Below, piece after piece: positions 1 to 7,472 of a DNA stretch of 15,806 nt (its first letter is position 1; every line of letters begins with the position of its first letter). The DNA is taken from the IMG/VR virus record IMGVR_UViG_643348547_000009; one strand, given 5' to 3'. This DNA comes from a virus (Duplodnaviria; Heunggongvirae; Uroviricota; Caudoviricetes). Position numbers and translations under genes: made by a program. The notes under the pieces are model-generated. The model searched no databases, had not been told where the DNA came from, and saw nothing but the letters and a program-made list of their open reading frames with translations.

Positions 1-1461
1 ATGAAAAAATTACTGCGTCTTTTTTTCCCGCTCTCGCTGCGGGTACGTTTTCTGTTGGCAACGGCAGCGGTAGTACTGGTGCTTTCGCTTGCCTACGGAA
101 TGGTCGCGCTGATCGGTTATAGCGTCAGTTTCGATAAAACTACGTTTCGGCTGTTACGTGGCGAGAGCAATCTGTTCTATACCCTTGCGAAGTGGGAAAA
201 CAATAAGTTGCATGTCGAGTTACCCGAAAATATCGACAAGCAAAGCCCCACCATGACGCTAATTTATGATGAGAACGGGCAGCTTTTATGGGCGCAACGT
301 GACGTGCCCTGGCTGATGAAGATGATCCAGCCTGACTGGCTGAAATCGAATGGTTTTCATGAAATTGAAGCGGATGTTAACGATACCAGCCTCTTGCTGA
401 GTGGAGATCATTCGATACAGCAACAGTTGCAGGAAGTGCGGGAAGATGATGACGACGCGGAGATGACCCACTCGGTAGCGGTAAACGTCTACCCGGCAAC
501 ATCGCGGATGCCAAAGTTAACCATTGTGGTGGTGGATACCATTCCGGTGGAGCTAAAAAGTTCCTATATGGTCTGGAGCTGGTTTATCTATGTGCTCTCA
601 GCCAATCTGCTGTTAGTGATCCCGCTGCTGTGGGTCGCCGCCTGGTGGAGTTTACGCCCCATCGAAGCCCTGGCAAAAGAAGTCCGCGAACTGGAAGAAC
701 ATAACCGCGAATTGCTCAATCCTGCCACAACGCGAGAACTGACCAGTCTGGTACGAAACCTGAACCGACTGTTAAAAAGTGAACGCGAACGTTACGACAA
801 ATATCGTACGACGCTCACCGACCTGACCCATAGTCTGAAAACGCCACTGGCGGTGCTGCAAAGTACGCTGCGTTCTCTGCGTAGTGAGAAGATGAGCGTC
901 AGTGATGCTGAGCCGGTAATGCTGGAGCAAATCAGCCGCATTTCACAGCAAATTGGCTACTACCTGCATCGTGCCAGTATGCGCGGCGGGACATTGCTTA
1001 GCCGCGAGCTGCATCCGGTCGCCCCACTGTTGGACAATCTCACCTCGGCGCTGAACAAAGTGTATCAACGCAAAGGGGTCAATATCTCTCTCGATATTTC
1101 GCCAGAGATCAGCTTTGTTGGTGAGCAGAACGATTTTGTCGAGGTGATGGGCAATGTGCTGGATAATGCCTGTAAATATTGCCTCGAGTTTGTCGAAATT
1201 TCTGCAAGGCAAACCGACGAGCATCTCTATATTGTGGTCGAGGATGATGGCCCCGGTATTCCATTAAGCAAGCGAGAGGTCATTTTCGACCGTGGTCAAC
1301 GGGTTGATACTTTACGCCCTGGGCAAGGTGTGGGGCTGGCGGTAGCCCGCGAAATCACCGAGCAATATGAGGGTAAAATCGTCGCCGGAGAGAGCATGCT
1401 GGGCGGTGCGCGGATGGAGGTGATTTTTGGTCGCCAGCATTCTGCGCCGAAAGATGAATAA
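1..1461 (+). CDS. phoQ: Sensor histidine kinase PhoQ of the PhoP/PhoQ two-component system, complete 486 aa
   Basis: ATG at 1, TAA at 1459-1461. Two hydrophobic TM segments flank a periplasmic domain with the acidic cluster EDDDDAEM; H-box [11 protein letters not shown]; ATP-binding G-boxes DDGPGI and GQGVGLAV. Sequence matches E. coli PhoQ as I remember it. Confidence 0.97.
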   Translation: MKKLLRLFFPLSLRVRFLLATAAVVLVLSLAYGMVALIGYSVSFDKTTFRLLRGESNLFYTLAKWENNKLHVELPENIDKQSPTMTLIYDENGQLLWAQRDVPWLMKMIQPDWLKSNGFHEIEADVNDTSLLLSGDHSIQQQLQEVREDDDDAEMTHSVAVNVYPATSRMPKLTIVVVDTIPVELKSSYMVWSWFIYVLSANLLLVIPLLWVAAWWSLRPIEALAKEVRELEEHNRELLNPATTRELTSLVRNLNRLLKSERERYDKYRTTLTDLTHSLKTPLAVLQSTLRSLRSEKMSVSDAEPVMLEQISRISQQIGYYLHRASMRGGTLLSRELHPVAPLLDNLTSALNKVYQRKGVNISLDISPEISFVGEQNDFVEVMGNVLDNACKYCLEFVEISARQTDEHLYIVVEDDGPGIPLSKREVIFDRGQRVDTLRPGQGVGLAVAREITEQYEGKIVAGESMLGGARMEVIFGRQHSAPKDE

Positions 1462-1584
1462 ATATGTCCTTTTATCACTATATCAAGACAAACCATTGAT
1501 TTAATTAAATAATCTTCACTGCAAAAAGTGCCAAAAATCGCAAATTGACTACACCATTAACTACACCGTTCGGTGCACCGTATG

Positions 1585-1610
1585 AAACAACGTGGAACAA
1601 ATAGACACAA
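1585..1610. repeat. Three direct hexamer repeats (AAACAA, GAACAA, ACACAA) at exact 10 bp spacing; shares the 15-mer AACAACGTGGAACAA with 8861-8875
   Basis: Read directly: tgAAACAAcgtgGAACAAatagACACAAgaa. The 15-mer at 1586-1600 is identical to 8861-8875, and the flanks also align with indels. Confidence 0.6.
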
Positions 1611-1755
1611 GAAATATACAGGCGGATCATCTTTCCAGGGGGAAGCGCACCAATTCATGAGGGGCGTTAATGTCTATATGGGGATCTCCACCTACCTGGA
1701 TTTTTTTCCGGTTAAACGTTAATCAGGCTGGTGGGTTTTACCTGTTCTGTAGGAG

Positions 1756-1770
1756 TGGTCATTATGACCA
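1756..1770. repeat. Perfect 15 bp palindrome TGGTCATTATGACCA, copy 1
   Basis: Read directly; a 17 bp exact direct repeat GTGGTCATTATGACCAT is shared with 1850-1866. Confidence 0.7.
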
Positions 1771-1850
1771 TCCCTTATATCGTCCGAATGCCGGACGAAG
1801 GCACACATCAACCGTAACGAAAATCGTTATGGTTGCCTTGATGGTCTGCG

Positions 1851-1865
1851 TGGTCATTATGACCA
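1851..1865. repeat. Perfect 15 bp palindrome TGGTCATTATGACCA, copy 2
   Basis: Read directly; lies 95 bp downstream of copy 1 in the island/host junction zone. Confidence 0.7.
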
Positions 1866-1898
1866 TTCAGCCAATGACCTTAATCAGAATTTTTCGCT

Positions 1899-1922
1899 AA
1901 AAAATGACGTTGGCCACGTCAT
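1899..1922 (-). terminator. Candidate rho-independent terminator ending the packaging operon
   Basis: On the minus strand, inverted repeat ATGACGT / ACGTCAT (1904-1910 and 1916-1922) with a 5 nt loop, followed by a T6 run (A-run 1899-1904 on plus). About 70 nt downstream of the stop of ORF 1993-2274. Confidence 0.45.
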
Positions 1923-1992
1923 CCGGAAAGCACAAAATCACGTCGATTTTTAATGGATGGTTAAACCGTCTTTATCTCGATGTCCGTACGTA

Positions 1993-2274
1993 TTACGTAC
2001 GCAGTCGTTCCGGCTTCTTCCAGTGGTACGTTATTTTCTCCTTCTCCCGATACATCTCCACGCGGCGACGGTAGGCCAGCAACTCAAGAACTCTGGTTCG
2101 TATGTTGCGCATATCCACGCCATTAAGCTGGATACCATCACGGCGCATCACCTCAGCAACAACACGCGCATAATTTTCGGCTGTCACGCTGTCCGGCTGC
2201 GTGGTCTGTTCGTCAGCCTGCTGGTTGATTCCAGAGACGCGGCGGATTAATCGCAGTATTTCGGCTTCTGTCAT
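1993..2274 (-). CDS. Hypothetical 93 aa protein, last gene of the packaging operon
   Basis: ATG at 2274 with a GAGG Shine-Dalgarno 8 nt upstream; starts 13 nt after the TerL stop; basic C-terminus. I do not recognise the family. Confidence 0.5.
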   Translation of the reverse strand: MTEAEILRLIRRVSGINQQADEQTTQPDSVTAENYARVVAEVMRRDGIQLNGVDMRNIRTRVLELLAYRRRVEMYREKEKITYHWKKPERLRT

Positions 2275-2287
2275 GCTGCTGACCTCA

Positions 2288-3949
2288 TTACACCCCGCTA
2301 AATTCTTCCAGTTTCTGGCGGTGGCTGTCGCTTATATCAAAAGCAAAATCCTCATGCTCTGCCTGAAATGTACCAAACGCCATCAGTGCCGCTACGCTCG
2401 GGTCTATCTTGTTCGGTGATTTTTTCTTGTTCGGCTTGATATTGGCGTTCGCGTCACTCTGCATCACGACGTTACTCATCGACCAGGACAACACCGGATC
2501 GCCACGATGCACAATCACCCTGCGGTTAACAAAAACTTCGAACGATTTCGCCGCCGGACTGAATCTGAGGTAGGTTTGCGGGAACGGCTCCACCTCAAAG
2601 CCTGCCCCCTGTAATTGCGTTCTCAGGTGCGTGGCGTTCCACGTATCGAAGCCCACCAACCTGATATTAAATTTCTCGGCGTCCTGCATGATGTCATCTC
2701 TGATCCGGTCGTAATCAATGCAGTCGCCAGGCGTTGTGCATATCCAGCCCGCTTTAGCCCACTGGCGATAGACAGCGCGATTTTTATTGGCTGGGTTCTG
2801 TAGCTGGAACTCCGGCAGATAATGACGGGAAACCAGCATGATATTTTTACCGACCGGAAAGGCATAGCATACGCTGGAAATATCGCTGGTTGATGATAAG
2901 TCCAGCCCCGCGTAACACTCCTGACCGTGTAAATCTTCCTCCGTGAACGTTCCGGTACACTCAGCCCATGCACCATTACCCATCCACGGGGTAGTCCCCT
3001 GACACCAGATATTAAATCGCTTTGTCATCATCTCCACCCACTGCGACGGAATACCCCGCGCTTTCTGGATGGTTGAGGCCAGTTTTTCACGATCGACGGA
3101 AACATCGATGTTAGGGTTAGCCTTTATCCACATCGCCGGATCATCAACCTCGTTTTCGTCGTCCAGTTCGTAAATCAGTACAAAAATTGAATCGTTGACC
3201 TCTTCGCCGTCCAGGATCTGGCAGCAATAATCATAGTGCTGCTTACAGGCTGAAACGACGTTACTGCCCGATGTGGTAATGGCAAATAACAGCCCTTCGG
3301 GACGTGCGCCCATCCCCAGCTCAAGCGCGGAATAAACGCCGTTATCGGGGTGTAGGTGGTATTCGTCCACGATAGAAAGACTGGGGTTTGTCCCCTCGAT
3401 GGTTGCTGCTTTTGCTGCCAGCGGCTTTAACAGGCTGTTGCTTTTCGGGTGTATCACCTTATGCGCCTGAATATTCACCCGCCTGCGTAACGGTCGGGAT
3501 AAAAGGCACATCTGACGCGCATCATCAAAGACGATCCGCGCCTGGTCACGGCTCACCGCTGCGGTGTAGATATCCTGCTGACCGTTCTCCATAATCAGAA
3601 ACCAGTTAGCCAGAATCGCGGCGGTCGTGGATTTCGCATTTTTGCGCGGCACTTCGATAAAGGCGCTCGTGTATTTGCGCCGTCCGGTGGCCTTAACCTT
3701 AAAGCCGAGGATGCACGCAAAGGCGAACTGCTGCCACGGCTCCAGCTCAATGGGTCTGCCACGCATCGGTCCTTTTACGTGCGGGCACACCCTGGAAAAG
3801 GCAATAAACCGCTCCACAACCTCACGATCGAACGTGTAAAGGGGGCTTTTAAGGTCCGAAAAGTACCGTTTAACAGCCTGTTTTAACCGTTTACAGGCCG
3901 GAATTTTGCCCGTTTTTACGTCTTCTGCGTACTTATTCCAGGCGGTCAA
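2288..3949 (-). CDS. Phage terminase large subunit (553 aa)
   Basis: Walker-A-like PRKNAKST in the N-terminal ATPase region and an acidic nuclease-type C-terminal half; follows TerS directly. Start is TTG at 3949 with a GAGGA Shine-Dalgarno 5 nt upstream and overlaps the TerS 3' end by 17 nt; there is no in-frame ATG nearby. Confidence 0.88.
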   Translation of the reverse strand: MTAWNKYAEDVKTGKIPACKRLKQAVKRYFSDLKSPLYTFDREVVERFIAFSRVCPHVKGPMRGRPIELEPWQQFAFACILGFKVKATGRRKYTSAFIEVPRKNAKSTTAAILANWFLIMENGQQDIYTAAVSRDQARIVFDDARQMCLLSRPLRRRVNIQAHKVIHPKSNSLLKPLAAKAATIEGTNPSLSIVDEYHLHPDNGVYSALELGMGARPEGLLFAITTSGSNVVSACKQHYDYCCQILDGEEVNDSIFVLIYELDDENEVDDPAMWIKANPNIDVSVDREKLASTIQKARGIPSQWVEMMTKRFNIWCQGTTPWMGNGAWAECTGTFTEEDLHGQECYAGLDLSSTSDISSVCYAFPVGKNIMLVSRHYLPEFQLQNPANKNRAVYRQWAKAGWICTTPGDCIDYDRIRDDIMQDAEKFNIRLVGFDTWNATHLRTQLQGAGFEVEPFPQTYLRFSPAAKSFEVFVNRRVIVHRGDPVLSWSMSNVVMQSDANANIKPNKKKSPNKIDPSVAALMAFGTFQAEHEDFAFDISDSHRQKLEEFSGV

Positions 3950-4289
3950 GCTCGTCCTCTTCTTCTGTTTCCGGTGGATTTTTACGGCGGCTTATCGGGT
4001 CAAAACCGAGCAAGGAGGCCATTTTTATCATCACTCTTTCAGCGTCGGATTTTGCGCTTAATGCGGGGTTTCTGCTCTCGCCGCCCTGACTGTTAACAAT
4101 GCTGAACCCGCGCGCCGCAAGGTCTGCAACGGCTTTCCGGTAAATGGAGTAGTTGACGCAATACAGTTCCAGATTGCTCCAGTCGGCGGGGGTCAGGTCT
4201 CCCCGTTCCGCAAGCTGCCGCGATTTTTCCCGCCACTGCTTCACGGCGATATCATCCAGGTAGGCGGGGGCTTTCGGTGGTCTTGCCAT
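3933..4289 (-). CDS. Phage terminase small subunit, P27-like (118 aa)
   Basis: Small protein immediately upstream of and overlapping TerL, with an acidic C-terminal tail (ETEEEDELDRLE). The sequence resembles P27-family TerS as I remember it. Confidence 0.75.
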   Translation of the reverse strand: MARPPKAPAYLDDIAVKQWREKSRQLAERGDLTPADWSNLELYCVNYSIYRKAVADLAARGFSIVNSQGGESRNPALSAKSDAERVMIKMASLLGFDPISRRKNPPETEEEDELDRLE

Positions 4290-4340
4290 GCTTATTTTTC
4301 GTCAGATTATTTTTCAAAAAATTCCCGTGCATAAAAATTT

Positions 4341-4400
4341 GGGGAGGCGGTCGGTGCCCGGCGGGGTCGGGTTTGTCCTGAAAACGCCCCCCACCCCGTC
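4341..4400. other. Candidate cos / packaging recognition site in the HNH-TerS intergenic region
   Basis: GC-rich tract ggggaggcggtcggtgcccggcggggtcgggtttgtcctgaaaacgccccccaccccgtc, with a G-rich left end and a C-rich right end in inverted symmetry, lying between HNH and TerS where HNH-dependent cos sites usually sit. The first 10 nt (GGGGAGGCGG) resemble the start of the P2-type cohesive end GGCGAGGCGG, which I recall from memory. Confidence 0.35.
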
Positions 4401-4577
4401 ATACAGCCTCATCAGCGATTGCGGAAACATTCCATAACCTCGCGGTCACGGTCGGTTAATCGCTTCGCTGTGATGCGTTCTGCGCGTCCTGACGCTTTAT
4501 CTTTATGCCCTGTTTCCTGTGTCTTCCATGCGTCACGCTGCCTTATAAGTCCACGGATAAGGCGGTTTTGTTCCCGC

Positions 4578-5018
4578 TCATTCATCAGCGTCATACATCC
4601 AGTTATTGCGGTTAGCGGCCCGTTCTTCCTCTTCACGAAATCCACCTGCGGCACGCTTGCTTTTTGTTGCCGGATCAAGCCATTTCGTTTTCTGGTTATG
4701 GCACGCCTGACACAATGGTTGATGGTTCCATTCGGGCCAGAAGAGAACATCATCACCGCCATCGATGGGGATAATGTGATCCACCACCACGGCGGGCGTA
4801 TATATCCCCTTCTCAAGGCATCGCACGCATAACGGGTTTTTACTCAGATACATGGCGCGGTATTTGTCCCACTGTCTGGAGTACCCACGCGCGCGGCGGT
4901 GTCCTCGTCTGGCATCCTCTGCACGCCATGCCGCCCGCCTGTGCTCCTCACACTTGCCGGACTTCACGCGCCTGTTACAGCCTGGTTCTGTGCATCGTCT
5001 TAATGGTTGCCACGGCAT
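4578..5018 (-). CDS. HNH endonuclease, phage packaging-associated (146 aa)
   Basis: HNH-type motifs CVRCLEKG, VDHIIPIDGG and CQACHNQK; sits directly upstream of TerS as in HK97-like HNH/terminase systems. ATG at 5018 overlaps the stop of the upstream gene (ATGA). Confidence 0.85.
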   Translation of the reverse strand: MPWQPLRRCTEPGCNRRVKSGKCEEHRRAAWRAEDARRGHRRARGYSRQWDKYRAMYLSKNPLCVRCLEKGIYTPAVVVDHIIPIDGGDDVLFWPEWNHQPLCQACHNQKTKWLDPATKSKRAAGGFREEEERAANRNNWMYDADE

Positions 5019-5314
5019 CAGTACACCCCCACATCACGATAAACCGACCAGAGCATCCCTACAGCCAGCGGGATTTCTTTTGTGTCTCCATCCCCGACCG
5101 TGGCCCTGTATTCGTACAGTTGCGACACGTACATCATGCAGCCAATCTTTATGGCTGGCGTGAACTCCAGCCCGTCATCAAAGCGCCTGCCGATGTGTTT
5201 CTGGCACACCTCAAGCGCGGCGGCGATGTATCCGCTGATTAACTGGTCTTCCTCATTGCCATCAATGCGGCAATGGAGTTTCACTTCTTCCAGGGTGATT
5301 AATTCTGCTGTCAT
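5018..5314 (-). CDS. Head-tail connector protein, gp6-like (98 aa)
   Basis: N-terminal LEEVKLHCRIDGNEEDQLISGYIAAA pattern typical of gp6-like connector proteins; start and stop overlap neighbours by ATGA. Confidence 0.7.
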   Translation of the reverse strand: MTAELITLEEVKLHCRIDGNEEDQLISGYIAAALEVCQKHIGRRFDDGLEFTPAIKIGCMMYVSQLYEYRATVGDGDTKEIPLAVGMLWSVYRDVGVY

Positions 5315-5649
5315 CGTGGCGCACCTGTTTTACAAAGAATTTCCAGACGAGTCCTTTTACCGTCGGGAACGGGGGGGCCAACAATATCAAGCTCATTGCC
5401 GGAATAAGCCCCCGTGAGTACCCGTATCCGGCTGGATGCCGTAACATCCACACGAAAACGGATCCAGACTCTTACGGTTGCCTGTGCCGTTTCTGCACCT
5501 GCGGTCATGCGTTCCCGTCCGCTGATCCCTTTCACCTCCGCCCATACGGTGGCAACATCCTCCCATGTGCTTTTCATTGCACCGGAAGGGAGGCGGGAAA
5601 GTTTCGCGCTCATGATGACAATGCGATCCCTCATGCTCCCCGCTCTCAT
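5311..5649 (-). CDS. Phage head closure / head-tail joining protein (112 aa)
   Basis: Size, position between portal and connector, and resemblance to the head closure protein family; ATGA overlap with the portal stop. Confidence 0.68.
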   Translation of the reverse strand: MRAGSMRDRIVIMSAKLSRLPSGAMKSTWEDVATVWAEVKGISGRERMTAGAETAQATVRVWIRFRVDVTASSRIRVLTGAYSGNELDIVGPPVPDGKRTRLEILCKTGAPR

Positions 5650-6860
5650 GATTTGCCCTCTTTATCATCCTTTACTTCGATCTCCTGTTTCCAGGCCTGG
5701 CTGAACTCATCGCCACCATCACGCGGCGATAATCCCTCACGTTCGCGGGCTTCGTTCGGGCACATAACGCCGGACTTGATGCCGCGTTCATAGGTGGCAA
5801 AGCGTTCGCCAGGTGTGGCCCGTAACAGATCCGCGCTGTCAAACTCCACCTGATACCGGATACCAGGTACAGGCGAGGCCACCAGCAAAGCATTTTTTAT
5901 CTGCTGCTCAAAGTTCGCCAGCCACGGGCGCATCGTCATGGTGAGAAATGCGCGGCTTGCCTCGCTGAAATTGCTGTAGGTGCTGTTGCTGTATTCCTGC
6001 AGAAAAATCGGCGAGACGTTGAACATTCGGGCGATGTCTTCAATGGTGAAGCGACGGGAGGCCAGCCATTCAGCATCCTGGTTACTCATGCCAAGCTGCT
6101 GATAGCTCATACCCCCTTCAAGAATGGGCGTTTTTCCGGCGTTTCTGGCTCCTTTGTAGCGTTCCAGTGCGGCTAATGCCTGTTTGCCCTTCACGCCGTC
6201 CAGCCATTCGCCTGACGTGATAACCCCTGCTGCCATCATGCCATCACGCATCACGCTCGCGCCGTGGCGCTGTTGGGCCAGCCCAAGCCCCAGCGATTCG
6301 CGGCAGATGGTCACAGGTGAGCGCCCCATAAAGCCGTCATCCGTGGAGTAACGAAGGTGGAGAACCTCCCACGGTAAATAGTTGCGGGTGTTTCCGCTGT
6401 AAGCGTCAGTGATGCGGTAACGCCAGTTATGTTCCCCTGTCTGCTCAACATTCACCGACTGCGGCGGGTAAGGGTGCAAAGCCACTGGAAAACCATCACG
6501 CCCCCACTGAATCACCGCATAAGCATTACCGTTTAACAGGCAGTGGCGGACCATCATTCGCTTAAACTGATAGGGCGTCTGCCACGCGTTCGGGCGCTCG
6601 TTGAGGATATGATCGACCGGATGAGAATCAAGCCACTCGCGGGCCTCCTTCCCCTTCTCATTGCGTACCAGGTACAGGTAGCATGGCATAGTAGCCACCG
6701 CCTCAGAGATGACCGTGACGGCGTTCATGACGGCGGGGAGTGATTCCGCTGTCCCCGATGATACGTACTCACCCGCCCCCGTGTTCGATGTGCCAGCCAG
6801 CGCCATAAATTCATCCAGCGTCATGCTGCGATGCTCTTGTTTTCGTCTGAAAGGCCACAT
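5646..6860 (-). CDS. Phage portal protein, HK97 family (404 aa)
   Basis: About 400 aa protein adjacent to the prohead protease with an acidic C-terminal tail; GGGGG Shine-Dalgarno about 6 nt upstream of the ATG at 6860. Confidence 0.88.
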   Translation of the reverse strand: MWPFRRKQEHRSMTLDEFMALAGTSNTGAGEYVSSGTAESLPAVMNAVTVISEAVATMPCYLYLVRNEKGKEAREWLDSHPVDHILNERPNAWQTPYQFKRMMVRHCLLNGNAYAVIQWGRDGFPVALHPYPPQSVNVEQTGEHNWRYRITDAYSGNTRNYLPWEVLHLRYSTDDGFMGRSPVTICRESLGLGLAQQRHGASVMRDGMMAAGVITSGEWLDGVKGKQALAALERYKGARNAGKTPILEGGMSYQQLGMSNQDAEWLASRRFTIEDIARMFNVSPIFLQEYSNSTYSNFSEASRAFLTMTMRPWLANFEQQIKNALLVASPVPGIRYQVEFDSADLLRATPGERFATYERGIKSGVMCPNEAREREGLSPRDGGDEFSQAWKQEIEVKDDKEGKS

Positions 6861-6861
6861 A

Positions 6862-7437
6862 TCACACCCCCGCTAAATCCGCCCACCAGCGGCGATTATC
6901 CGCGCGTGGCATTTTTTCGGGGTGCTGCTCATACAGGGAACGGCGGGCCAGATCCACGCCGGAATCAGGGTAAGCCGGTACGGATGTAACGGTAATTTCG
7001 TACAGTTCCGCCACCAGCACGGTGCGCACGCATGGATCTGTTGTGGTATCCCATACATCCTTACGGGAACGAAAGCCAAAGCTCATCCCCGAGATATCAC
7101 CACGCTTAACCAGTTCGATAACGTCCCGCCCTGTACTGGTATCCGGTGGGGTCAGTTCAAAGCGTAACCCTGTTTCATCCTCTTCCAGTTTCAGCGTACC
7201 GGAACGGGTACGCCCCAGTAACATGCTGTGGTCGTGCTCATACAGGCCGCGAACGTCATTACCCGCCGCCAGCCACTCACTGAACGCCCCCCGCTGGAAT
7301 TTTTCGTAAAACTCACCCCATAGCAGATCAGAAAGGTTATTCCAGCGAACAACGTAACCCGTCAGCGTACTGGCTCCGCTGGTGGTGATTTCTGATGACC
7401 GGATTTCCATGCTCTTTTTCATATTTTTTTCACCCAT
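6862..7437 (-). CDS. HK97-family prohead protease (191 aa; start may instead be the ATG at 7422)
   Basis: Conserved protease-family segments LYEHDHS, GRTRSGTL and GMSFGF. The ATG at 7437 has no good Shine-Dalgarno; the in-frame ATG at 7422 has GGTGA about 9 nt upstream. Confidence 0.85.
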   Translation of the reverse strand: MGEKNMKKSMEIRSSEITTSGASTLTGYVVRWNNLSDLLWGEFYEKFQRGAFSEWLAAGNDVRGLYEHDHSMLLGRTRSGTLKLEEDETGLRFELTPPDTSTGRDVIELVKRGDISGMSFGFRSRKDVWDTTTDPCVRTVLVAELYEITVTSVPAYPDSGVDLARRSLYEQHPEKMPRADNRRWWADLAGV

Positions 7438-7445
7438 AAAACACC

Positions 7446-7468
7446 AAAGGGGCTTTTTAGCCCCTTTT
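7446..7468 (-). terminator. Stem-loop plus U-rich tract between the capsid and protease genes (candidate attenuator)
   Basis: Inverted repeat AAAGGGGC / GCCCCTTT (8 bp stem, 6 nt loop) 4 nt after the capsid stop; on the minus strand it is followed by GGTGTTTT and then the protease ATG. Confidence 0.4.
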
Positions 7469-7472
7469 TCTG

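Noticed and set aside
1670-1900. 76 aa plus-strand ORF in the phoQ-island junction
   Set aside because: No Shine-Dalgarno; the frame runs through both TGGTCATTATGACCA palindromes and a terminator hairpin. More likely non-coding repeat DNA.
1462-1990. tRNA or tmRNA gene as integration target
   Set aside because: No cloverleaf-like or tRNA-like conserved segments were recognisable by eye in the junction. The integrase-proximal att, and probably the target gene, lie beyond position 15806.
4419-4832. 137 aa plus-strand ORF
   Set aside because: Antisense to HNH and the cos-containing spacer; no support.
5393-5668. 91 aa His/Cys/Gly-rich minus-strand ORF
   Set aside because: Out-of-frame overlap of the portal and head closure genes; composition typical of an alternative frame of GC-rich coding DNA.
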